Assembly (NCBI GenBank): GCA_903813345.2
Contig: CAIIXF020000001.1
Location: 27,838,001 to 27,902,000, forward strand
Source: Owenia fusiformis
Taxonomy: Eukaryota
Direction: 5' to 3'
DNA length: 64,000 bases
Both the position numbers and the translations under genes were made by a program. The stretch's first letter is position 1, and every line of letters begins with the position of its first letter. A model generated the notes under the pieces. That model ran no database searches. It had not been told where the DNA came from and was given only the letters and a program-made list of their open reading frames with translations. This document shows positions 10,801 to 22,100 of this stretch, in pieces.

Positions 10801-12912
10801 GTTTTTTGATTTGGTTAATTTGGGTATAATTTCATTATTGATTTCAGTACGCCTTTTCATTGTACATTTTATGAAAACCCAGCAAATACCATGGCTACCT
10901 CAATAATTCTGCTCATTCTTTTGGCCATGCTTGGGCCTATATGAGTGACATGACTGAGTGTAGTGTCCTGTAGATCTGCTAACACTATCACACCATTGAT
11001 CTGAGTTGCCTCATCCTGGAAATAAACATAATTAACAATATTTAGTGGTAAAAATAGTTAACACTTTAGCAAAATGTACACATATGGCACCTTATAAAAT
11101 CCCTCTCGGGTAGAATCCTATACCCACAAGGCATCAACCTTTAAAATTTGGATGAAATCCAATAAGTTATGGTGAATTATATTTTTTCCTGAAAAAAGAC
11201 AGCCATTTTGAATTCAACAACCATCTTGAAAGCTACACAGAAGGCTTCTCTATTATCCTTACTCGAACTTTGATTGGTGGGATATAAAACTGACTTATAA
11301 CTTATGAGGTCTTGGAATTGTATACCTAGAAGTATCCCTAAATAATATAAAATCAATTCAAAAAGGTATTCTTCTGAAAATACACGATGACTTCCCTGGC
11401 TGCTTGCCTGGCAGGACATGACAATTGACAAGTATATCTTTGTCTCATTTTACCTCATTTTGCCTCCTTGTCTAAATTTACACCTCAACATTTTTTTCCA
11501 ATTTGTATATCAAAAAGGCAGTTACAGTTGATCTAAGGTTTTTATGGGCCTTGGAACAATCAACATTATTTCCCTTAAGTTTATTTTTTCTGAAAAGAGA
11601 CTTGGTTCAGGACTTACCATTGTTAGTAGTTCCAGGGTCATGACCATGGCTCGCATACAGTCTGTAGTGGGGTATTTAGAGGGGCACCACTTCCCTACAA
11701 CAATTAAATGAGAATGTTTTTCATTATTTGTATTGCTTGGGGCATTACACTTTGAACATTTAGGACAAAATGTACATGTATACATTTGTCTCTTAATTGT
11801 TCCTTTTATAACTGTGAACAATGAATACTTTTTTTTCCCGGCTGTCTGGTTCTTGTGCACCTGTCCAATGTGAACACCATGGGACCAGTCAAAAGTGTTC
11901 AGATAAGCAAGTGTTCAGATTACAAGTTTTTACTACGTGAGACAATGGGATATCATAAATTTGGGATGTAGAAATCGTTCACATTGAGAGTTTAGATTAG
12001 AGGTTTCACTCAATACAAATGCACCTGGTATGAACATGAGCATGAGATGTAAAATAATATTCTCATGTACATGTAAAATCATTAATTAAAAGATCTACTA
12101 GAACATGAATGCAGCAAGGACCTTTTGCATTTAATTTATTATTATGAAGAAAAATAGGGAGGGGGTGGTAAAATACAAAACTTCTATTAAATAAATAAAC
12201 ATGGCCTCGCCTAAAATTTCAAATACTATACAGATATATAATTACCTGGACGGAAGATTATAACCTTACGACCTGAGAGATCTCTGTTCTCCAACACTCC
12301 AATCACACCATCATCAAGCACATGTTTGATTTTAGAAGGTTTAAAGTCATTGAACATTGTAACATCTTCTTTCCTAACCTTGTAGTAGCGCAGCAGTTGA
12401 TTTAGGGCCCTGTCATAGTCGAATTTTCTCGAGCGTAGGAAGCGCAGCAAGAATGCATCACTGACACATGAATTTAAACCTGAAAGTGAAATAAAAATAA
12501 TGGCTTTGCCTACAACTACACAAGGATTTGATTAAAGGGAAAAGGTACCATGGTTAGAAGTACACCATTGAAGGCCCTTCTGATATGCTCTTTTTCTATT
12601 ACTTTCTCTTGAAGAAAAGTATCAATGTTTTATGATTGACCGAAGATGAATTATATTCTGTTTTACTGATTTGTATAGGACAAGCATACTTGATACAAGT
12701 ATTCAGAAATATAAATATAAAGTATGTTTTCACCATCCAGTGATCCATATCGCATATAATAAAATACCTGGGTGAGCTTTCACCATTTCCCTCAAAGCTT
12801 CAATATCTCGTGACACCCATTCTGGCTTCTCCTTCAGTTCATTCGCAGCCTTTTCCCTTAGCTCAGGTGACAAGTTGTTCACATACTGATTCTCTCCTTC
12901 TAAGAACTCCAT
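7811..12912 (-). CDS. CRAL-TRIO (Sec14-like) lipid-binding protein, alpha-tocopherol transfer protein/clavesin-like, ~320 aa
   Basis: Six GT-AG exons with consistent phase: 12768-12912, 12246-12479, 11618-11694, 10899-11015, 10582-10692, 7811-8089. Motifs AANELKE, DAFLLRFLRSRKFD, TQINGVIVLADL, AFPARVKAIHYVNAP, EVLPVDFGG. Confidence 0.93.
8158..8490. repeat. Degenerate two-unit tandem-repeat element ending in a GACA/GACG microsatellite and short hairpin (Helentron/DINE-like)
   Basis: TTTTGAAAATAGGCGAGCTTTTGAACCAGGAGTCAT occurs at ~8170 and ~8325, followed by GACAGACGGACA and GCTCACCATGTGAGC. Confidence 0.5.
8488..10460 (+). mobile_element. Helentron/DINE-1-like non-autonomous element with internal tandem repeats, interrupted by the 1276-bp insertion
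   Basis: 5' AACAAG..GTGAACAG..TACCCTTG; degenerate repeats (GATTTCAGGATGGAAAATCCAAAATGGCCAC); CCCA/CCTG microsatellite; 3' CTGTTCAC..CAAGGGTGCCATAAAAAA. Confidence 0.55.
8920..10195 (+). mobile_element. 1276-bp non-autonomous TIR DNA transposon, copy 1 (hAT-like CAG termini)
   Basis: Ends CAGCGGTGGCG...CGCCACCTCTG; ATGT duplicated on both flanks; same length and, by eye, same sequence as 30124-31399. Confidence 0.92.
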
Positions 12913-13120
12913 GCTGTGTCACAATGTTGGCTGCTGCATGTTGCAGGTCATCAACGTAGGCCAATCACATCGTCCACAGTGAATGTTGTGCACACTTGAT
13001 CTGATTAAATCTAGGAGTTAAAGAAAATATACTGTTTTCTGAATATATTTTCTGAATCATTCATCTTAAATATGAGTGAGAATATGAGGGTTCGCTTTTT
13101 TGGACCACCTAGACCACCCT

Positions 13121-13319
13121 CAGTGGCGGATCTAGAAGCTAACAAGGGGAGGGGGGGGGCTTATTTCAAGACAGAAAAATTGTGGGCCCATAGAAACAAT
13201 TTAAGGCCCATTTTTGATAATTTGGCCTAAATATAAAAAGAAAGGCCCAAAAAGGCCAAGTAATTTTAGTGGAAGGGGGGGGGGCTTGGCCTCATGCACC
13301 CCATATACATCCGCCAGTG
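13121..13319. mobile_element. Short hAT-like MITE (CAGTGGCGGAT...ATCCGCCAGTG, G-runs)
   Basis: Terminal inverted repeat and poly-G runs; related to 59172-59475; no clear TSD. Confidence 0.55.
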
Positions 13320-14740
13320 TCCTTGTATTTCTTGAATTATGATAAGCTTGCCAAAGATTTGAACTTCTTTAAAGAGGATTATAATCCCCAATCGGGATTG
13401 GACAGATTACCAGAAAAATTAACAATAGAAAAATAACAAATGACAAGTAATGTTTAAAGTATTTTATTCCTACTAATTGCACATCATGTATAGTATAGCA
13501 CTAGCTCTGAGACTAATTCAAACATCTAACAATAGTAAATCATCATAAATCTATACTGACAACATAAAGAAAATCTAGCCAAAATATTTTCATGCTGATA
13601 TACTTTTACCTTCTTCTAAGGCCACTGTATCGTGGCCTTCGTCCAAAGATAAATTCCTGCATGTACAACGGGTCATGTCGTAATCATAAAATTTGAAATC
13701 AAATGTCCACCATTTTTCCACATCACAATTTGAATTTTGAGTTTTTGTCTTATTACCTCACCAAAAATTCCAAACTCACATGAAGTGATCAATGTATTAG
13801 TTCACATCTTCTGGATCGCTAACTTAGAATTTATAGCCAGTTACTAATCATGTCAGACATTAACGATATTTGGACCAGTTTTCGAATATCGCCATTTTTC
13901 TTGGAGCCATTTGTTTTAATTTTAAACGAAATCATGCAATATCTCATCAAGGAGCCCAGCCGGTCCAATTTTAATTAATGATTTATTTATCTGGCGATTT
14001 TTAAAATATTCAATAAAATTATGACACGCTGGCCAGCTATTTTCAAATGGCGTTCACAGTGTTCCAGATGAAATTACTTCTAGAGCCAAGAATTGGCTAG
14101 AGACTCGAGTAACTATACTTCTGCATACTACTTGATAATGTGTAGACAGATTTTAATGCAAAATAGGCCTGCAATAATCGAAATAATTACAAAAATATAT
14201 TGACCTCATTTTGACAGACACAAAGCCAAGTAGAAGGCAAATGTACTTGATTTTGAACAGACTATTATAATATAAAATAAAATACATTGATAAACAGAAA
14301 TCTACAGAAATATAATATCAGAAATAATACAAGTACAGTGTTGTTGCCCTGTTATTAAACATTACAACATGGAGATCACAAATATTTGACAGACACAAAG
14401 CTTAAAGAACTTTAACAGAATATTACAGTATAAAAACATAATAATAAAAAATCTAAACTAATACAAGTACAGTGTAATTGCCCTGTTATCAAACATCAAG
14501 CTATGGAGATCACCAATTTTTGTCACACTAAGCCAAGTACAAGGCAAAGATACAAGTACTTGACGAATCAAAGTGACAAATGCAAATTAAGTTATTTTTT
14601 TAGATTTCACATGTTTTTAATGGTGACTTGTTACAAAATTTGTTCATATACTCCTCGACCACACTCCGAGAGTAATACTCTTCACAACTCCTTTTCTCTA
14701 CTTGCAAACTGTTAAAAAATGCCATGGTATATCATGGCAC

Positions 14741-15556
14741 TTAATCCATCTTTTCACCACGAGTGTAGTCCATTCCATTTGATAACAAAGGGGAAGATAT
14801 CCAAGGCAAAAACCAAACAGCAATAACTCTCTGACCAACAATCGCTTTCAGATTGAACTTCAACCCTCGATCATATTGTTCAATCTTTTTCTTCCATTCA
14901 TATTGTGTCTGTCCATGTTGCAACTGGACAAGCTGTAACCCTAGCAACCATGTAAACATCACCAGGAAATATACCCCAAGTGCTGTCATTACCCGAATGT
15001 AAAAATCATATGCAGTATACCAGCCTAGCAATAGACCCACATGAGGACCAGCAAGAGTTACAGCTAGGTCTCCAAAAGTTCTTATATGGTACATATTGAA
15101 TTGAAGATTGTATAAATTAGCATATACGGCAGCTATCCATACATAGAGTATCATGACAACGTAGTAGCGGTGATTGTTATGCCCGATACAAGTTGCAGCG
15201 AACCAACAATGATGATCACGTTTCAGAATACATTTATCACATAATTTACAATGATGTGACCGTGGTGGTACTCCAATAGCACATTTCATACATTTTTTCC
15301 CATCCGTTTGGTCTTTAGGCTTAGTCCAAAGTGACTGTGGTACTATATTTGATGTGATGTTTACATAATACAAGTTCCAATATGTTTCCAACATTCCAAA
15401 CATCCCAATACATACATGGAAATAGATCCAGCTTGGATATTGGTCTCCAAAATAATGTCCCGACACTATGTAAAACTCATAGAAAAATGTATAAGGTCCT
15501 CCAAGTAGGAATACACTGAGGGCAATTCGATCTATTACACTAGAAGGTAATGCCAT
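14741..15556 (-). CDS. DHHC-type palmitoyltransferase (ZDHHC24/22-like), 271 aa, single coding exon
   Basis: CMKC...PPRSHHCKLCDKCILKRDHHCWFAATCIGHNNHRYY domain, about four hydrophobic segments, GQTQYEW and YDRG...NL motifs. Confidence 0.95.
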   Translation of the reverse strand: MALPSSVIDRIALSVFLLGGPYTFFYEFYIVSGHYFGDQYPSWIYFHVCIGMFGMLETYWNLYYVNITSNIVPQSLWTKPKDQTDGKKCMKCAIGVPPRSHHCKLCDKCILKRDHHCWFAATCIGHNNHRYYVVMILYVWIAAVYANLYNLQFNMYHIRTFGDLAVTLAGPHVGLLLGWYTAYDFYIRVMTALGVYFLVMFTWLLGLQLVQLQHGQTQYEWKKKIEQYDRGLKFNLKAIVGQRVIAVWFLPWISSPLLSNGMDYTRGEKMD

Positions 15557-15771
15557 ATCTACCTATATATCCTGAACCGACAGGTTAGTTTAATTCACCT
15601 GCAAGGTATAAAACGCTAAAATAATATATCTGAACAGAAAACTAAAAATTATAGTTGCAAGTATCGTGATGAACAAACATACACTTTTCCTGAATCAAAA
15701 TAAGTTAATAGTAGTTCCGACGATGCCTTTCGGAGTTGGACCTGTAGTACATTAGAACTTTGCTATCCAAG

Positions 15772-15897
15772 GGGTCATTAACAGAAACTTCATGAAATAT
15801 ATCAATTCCTAAGTTCATTGTTCTTTTACTATTATGTAATTACATGTATATCCATGGTTAAGAATTCCTAACTTTACAAAGTTTCTGTTAATGACCC
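15772..15897. mobile_element. Small MITE (Harbinger-like GGG termini)
   Basis: GGGTCATTAACAGAAACTT ... AAGTTTCTGTTAATGACCC inverted repeat. Confidence 0.6.
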
Positions 15898-16097
15898 GAA
15901 GGCTCACTACATATGCATATAATGTATATTATATAATGTTAGAAATTCTCCTTGATTTGTCCACACAACAAATAAACTGATAATCAAGAAACAAAACAAA
16001 AAAGTTAATAACAGCTGAGACATTAATAACGAGTCGTGCATTAATCAAACCTAAAAAGTAAGCAATCAAAGGATGACAGTAACAGGTCTCTCAACCT

Positions 16098-16335
16098 CAC
16101 ACAGGAATAGCCTGACAATGGTAAAGTCAGATACTGTTGTCACAAATGGCGGACATAACCGTTGCTTCAACTTTTCAATCACTTGGTCCTCGTTTCATGG
16201 GACTTTATCGTCGCTAATTCTGTGCATGTGTTAAGCTTGTGTGATGATGCATTATATGAAATCCCAATTTCTATCAAATGGGGTCGTGAATCGCCACAAT
16301 ATAGCATCTTTGATATCATCCATGACAACGGAATA
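16098..16335 (-). mobile_element. Partial copy of the Transib-like MITE at 42945-43468
   Basis: CACACAGGAATAGCCTGACAATGGTAAAGTCAGATAC... matches the reverse complement of ~43250-43468. Confidence 0.75.
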
Positions 16336-19106
16336 ACATGGGCTTTCAATTAGTTGAAAGCCAATGACAATAATCAGAAAAATGTGTATTTGCGTGACAT
16401 ATTCTGTCACACAAAAAATGGGCATGACTTCAATTTATTCAGCAAATGCATGCATGACAAATAAGCAAATTGCGAGACAGTTGGGTTGACCTGCCTGCAC
16501 TACACTATTTTATTGAAAAATATTTTCATATATAAGAAAGAAACATTTGTATAATTCAGCATTTATTTTCTATAAACAACAAGAGGTAAACACATTTAGT
16601 TCTTACGTTTGATTGACACACGACACACCACAACAACTGAACTTGAAATATTTGTAAAAAATTGATTTACTTTTTCATGTTTTCGATTGGAATAGATATT
16701 GTGTGAATAAAATGCATGCGTTTATTGAAAGATGGTATCCAATCTGATATTTATATGACATTTTTGTACATAGAATACAGTTATATATTGTTATAAACTG
16801 CATAAATGAAAAAAATACTCACGGTCAATATTTTTTCTAGTGGGCGATAATAGGTGCTTTGGGTGAACAGAGATGAGCGCCTTCTTACAGTCACAAACTT
16901 AAACGATGTTAATCTTAATCTTCATGAGTGCAATAAATCAATTCACATTCAAGACAAGTGAGTACTTATCGACACACTTGTTGGTCAAGAATATTGATCA
17001 TCGATTCCCTCGAATACCTATTTGTAACACTGTACATTTTGTTGACCCACAATGGGGGGGGGGGGGGGGGGCATGTCCGTGGGGTCACGATGAGCTGATA
17101 AATTCAATAGCCTAAAGTACAGTATGTTATATTGATGTCGTTTTATGATTTTTGGTACGATGGAAGACACCATCTAATTTGACAACAGTCGAGGCATTGG
17201 AATAGGCCTAGGCCTACATGTAGATCTGGTCCAGTGGTCATCTTATTGAGTGCTTTCCGGCAAAATAATGGCTTTACCATGATGAAAAATACTAAGAATT
17301 GTTCCCTTTATTATTTAGACGCCCGAGTGCCTACTATGAACATGTTCATGGACTATGGGCAATAATCATTGAAAGCCACGTATCCGAAGAATTTATTATT
17401 CATTTGCACTAGTCATATCTACAATGTCTAGTATAGCATTGCTAATATTCCTGTCCAAGTCGGTATTTTTTACTTATCTGATCTTGAATTATTACATATA
17501 CCTGTAGAAATCAAAATAAGCAAAAGAGAACGACTTGGGCAAGGCTACATTGCTAGGTATTTCCCCGTATTCCTTATGGATTTGTTTCATTTTAAAATGA
17601 TATAAGTAGACACCTGTACGAGGCTTCTTTGTGCGGCATACTTTAAGTTATTGGGGCTTGTTTTATTATGGGCTGTTGGCACATGTCACTACCATAATTT
17701 GTTGCATATTTACTTATTTACTGCAGAGACATATAAAACATGTTTTATATGTCTCTGTTTACTGTGGCATATAATTTTACATTTTTAAACGATTTGGCGT
17801 TATGACTCAATTTACAACAGGTATGCCGTTTCGTGATATAAAATATACATACAATGATTAAATATATAATATAGATGCAACACAAATGAGTTTAGGTCGA
17901 AATATAACAAGTTTTATTTAGTGAATTCCTGTCTCATCATGTTCATCAATCATTCATTTAGTTCTACAACCTTCAATTATGTCCATCTGATGTGTAGATT
18001 ATCACGGTGCTCAAGTCTTAACAATGGAAATGGTTCCGGACATGTCTTTCAAACGATTTAGACGTATTTTGTAAGAACATGGAATACGACATTCGTTAGA
18101 ATGGAGCAAAAAGGTAAGAATATTCTATATTTTACAAACTTACATTACTTGTCTTCTCCCTAAGATGTTCTTCTTCATACCCACGTATCTATTTTGGCGA
18201 TCATTCCATCATACTTCATAGTACTGCACATATTGTGAGTACTTTCCTTATGAATCGATGTATTCATTGAATACGATTTTCAGGCAATAACATGTGTAAC
18301 ACTGCCAGAATCGCTCATTTTCCGATTTAACAAGGCTATGGCATATATTCGTGCAAATAACGCGTTTGCGGATACCTGAAGTTAGGATATATAGTATGGT
18401 AAGCAATATAAATTACGTACATTTACATAAAGTCGAGTGACAGTAATTTTATAACCAAATTTATCAACCTACATGTACCTCTCAAGTTTTCCAAAAACAC
18501 GTCTAAATCGTTTGAAAAAACACGTCCGGGACAATCTCCACTGTTAACACTTGGTCACCGTGATTATGATGGTTTAATAGTCATGTCCCCTGGCTCAGTA
18601 TCTACTCTCTAAAGTGACGTTAGGTCTGATGAGCGGGTGATCTGATTCGCAGGTGATATATGTATATCACCCGCTCACTTCAGATATCAAGTATTCCTGC
18701 ATGTTATTTACCTATAACACTACTAAGTATGGAATAATATGCTAGGATAAAGATGTCCTAGGATGAAGATATCCTAGATACATGGTGCAAGTACATTATT
18801 TGTGCAATTGTATATCAAACAAAGCAAGTGATTTTAGACTGACATGTTTCTAACATCTGACGTATTACTCAATATTAGCGAGTGTAAAAATAAACATAAT
18901 TTTGAAAAATAATCGATATGGGGTCATCATCCCATCGAGGTCATATTGATATTTTTGCCATCCCATGGACTTACCTTAGTAGATAACTCACTGCTTTAAT
19001 GAAAAACGTTTTAAATAATAAGATTTAAAATGGTCATTGTAAAATCACTTGCCATAGCATACGTGGTTCTTTCTACTTGACGAATGCCTTTTTTTGTTTA
19101 TTTTAT

Positions 19107-22100
19107 TCATGAAACGCTTTCACCAAATTTGCTCCTAACTGAACCTAACTTTAAATTCCCTGTATATCTTGCATAATACACAGGCACCTGGTCAACCACG
19201 TCATAATCAGGCTCAGGGATATCCAAAGTACCATTTGACTTCTGTGCGTTGGCAGTTGATTTGTAATCAGGTGTTTTGTATTCATAGCCTTCATTTTGTG
19301 CAAATGATGAATCATATGAAGGGTTATGGAATGTATCGTCGTCATAGTCTATAGGTGGCTCTCTTATTTTAGACTTTCTGAAATATATATTTAGATATAA
19401 AACATAATTGAGAGATTTATTATTTGATGTAATACAAGTTTTTGGAAAAACAATTTTTGCATGGTAGGCCTATTCTAAATAGCAGTACACAAAGTAGAAC
19501 CAAACACTTACTTGCTTTTCCAAACCAAACCAACAATTGCTATGACAAGCAGAATGATTGCGACTATGCCAATGATCATACCAACCAGAACACCTTTATT
19601 CAAATAAATACAAATACGATAGATGTATGCAATCGGATTTCTGTCCTTTTAGACAAGACGCGGCTTCGATAAGCTAATTTACTCAAATAATATTATTGTT
19701 TCGTTAGCTGATTAGTAAGTAAAAAATACACTTGCTGAAAAATAATTTTCAAAGCACACCTTTGTTTCTTGCAAATATGTTGCCACTTGCTCCAACTACA
19801 GATGGCTTCCCTGTACTCTTCGTGATTGTTGGTGGTTTTACTGAAGAAATCTTTGTTGGAATAGGAGTTGACACTATTGTTGGTCTAACTACTGTTGATG
19901 AAGTTGAATCCTCTATGGTTGCCGATGAACCTTTTCCACTCGTTGTTGATGAAGTCTTATCCTCTGTTGTAGTCAAGGAAAATGCCAGAGTTGGTGATGC
20001 TGAGGACGCTGTTGTATTCACTTTAGTCATCTCTTGGGTTGTGTGTTGAGAAATGGAATTATTCCTCCATATTGTTTTTAAGGCGTTTGTTGCAGGAAGT
20101 TCAGTTGTCACAAGAGTTGTGGTGTGAATTTCTGTGGACAAATTAATTTGCTATCAATGTTAGCAATTCCTGAATCTATTTATATTTCTTGTCCACCCGG
20201 ATATCTCAGTGGTAGGGTGGTTTACCAATAATGATTATGGATTTGATCCCCGGTTCATGCAAGATAACTCTACCACTCGTACAAAAAGGCTGTGTATAGA
20301 TGTATGCCTGTGTATCAGTGCTGTGTATAGATGTATGCCTGTGTATCAGTGCTGTGTATAGATGTATGCCTGTGTATCAGTGCTGTGTATAGATGTATGC
20401 CTGTGTATCAGTGCTGTGTATAGATGTATGCCTGTGTATCAGTGCTGTGTATAGATGTATGCCTGTGTATCAGTGCTGTATATAGATGTATGCCTGTGTT
20501 ACAGTGCTGTGTATAGATGTATGCCTGTGTATCAGTGCTGTGTATAGATGTATGCCTGTGTATCAGTGCTGTGTATAGATGTATGCCTGTGTATCAGTGC
20601 TGTGTATAGATGTATGCCTGTGTATCAGTGCTGTGTATAGATGTATGCCTGTGTATCAGTGCTGTGTATAGATGTATGCCTGTGTATCAGTGCTGTGTAT
20701 AGATGTATGCCTGTGTATTGGTGCTTATAAAAACACACACGTTTGAAGACCCAAAGAAGTAAGTAATAGGGGTATACGAAAAAGACCAACCGCCAATCGG
20801 TGGTCGGTCTTTTACACAGATATAATTAAATGATTAGATTAAATACATGTCATATGTCATAATGTCATATTTTTAAGTGATGTCTTAGTTGTTAGAAGAC
20901 CAATTTTCATTCTGACCACTTTGGATTATAATGAGAAAACGGACGTAACATTACATTATGTTCAGTATGAAAAATAACAAAGAACACACACACGTCGGTC
21001 TTTAAAATCATATCATCATCTTTTAAAAGATAATAATACGTAATGTTTGATTTCTCAGTTGTTAAACGTCAATGTGGTAAAAACTACATTCAAGACGACA
21101 AAAATAGCTAATGACGTGCTTTTAAAAATGGTTAGTCAATTTTGATCCTGACAAGAGAACGCACGTAACATTACATCGTGTTCAGTAATCAGTATAACAA
21201 TAACAAATCATTTTTATTAGAAATGTGTTATTTTCATTAAATATAGGCCTACGTTGAATTTCAGTAAAAATTAAGATAAGTTTCCGGAGAAACGATAGGT
21301 TGGCAGGTCAGGTACTTAAGTGTTTATCTGCCCTTCGTTTAACTTAATTGAAAGAACAAAATGGGTTAAAAACGTGCCTACGTTTACTATGTATTCAAAA
21401 ACTATAAAAATAATTCAAGGTTCAAATATGGTCGGTCTTTTACACATGATATGGCCGGTCTTTTACAATTATTATGGTCGTACTCTCCATTGATTTATAT
21501 GGCCTTATACACAATCAGGGCCAGTAAGGGCCGATTAGAAAAAGGACCATAATCCCCAGGGGACCATAATTTCTTTCACACCGGGATCAAATTAATATTT
21601 AAACGTATTTAAGGCATGCGATTCATGATGTGTTCTGAACATTTGCTATATTTGTACTGGTAGTATACACATGTACTGTACTTTACCTGTGCATTTTCCT
21701 AGTGATGTATTCCAAGTTCCATCGTGCAGACATACGAGCCGGAGGGAAAAAGAACCATTCACAGAGAAACCATCATCACAAATTAACTCGACCCCCGCAC
21801 CAACTGAATTGTTGTCACTGGACAAGCTTCCCTTATTTGGTTTTTCTAAAGCAGGACATCTTATTCCTGAAATGTAGAAATTATTCCAATGACACAGTAA
21901 ACATAGTGAGAAGGCAAGCAAGCAATACCTGTTAACGAACCGCGCAATTACCTGCGCATTTTCCAAATAATGTATCATTCCAAGTTCCATTTGACAGACA
22001 TGTGAGAATGGAGGAACCATTTACATAGAACCCCTCATCACAAACTAACTCGACTTCTGCTCCGATTGAATTATTGACACTGGACAACGTTCCGTTATTT

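Noticed and set aside
19151-19345. 64-aa ORF as the receptor's last exon
   Set aside because: Wrong frame; splice phase selects the frame ending at 19107.
20289-20722. CRISPR-like array of ~31-bp repeats
   Set aside because: Units are contiguous with no unique spacers; eukaryotic intron; no cas genes.
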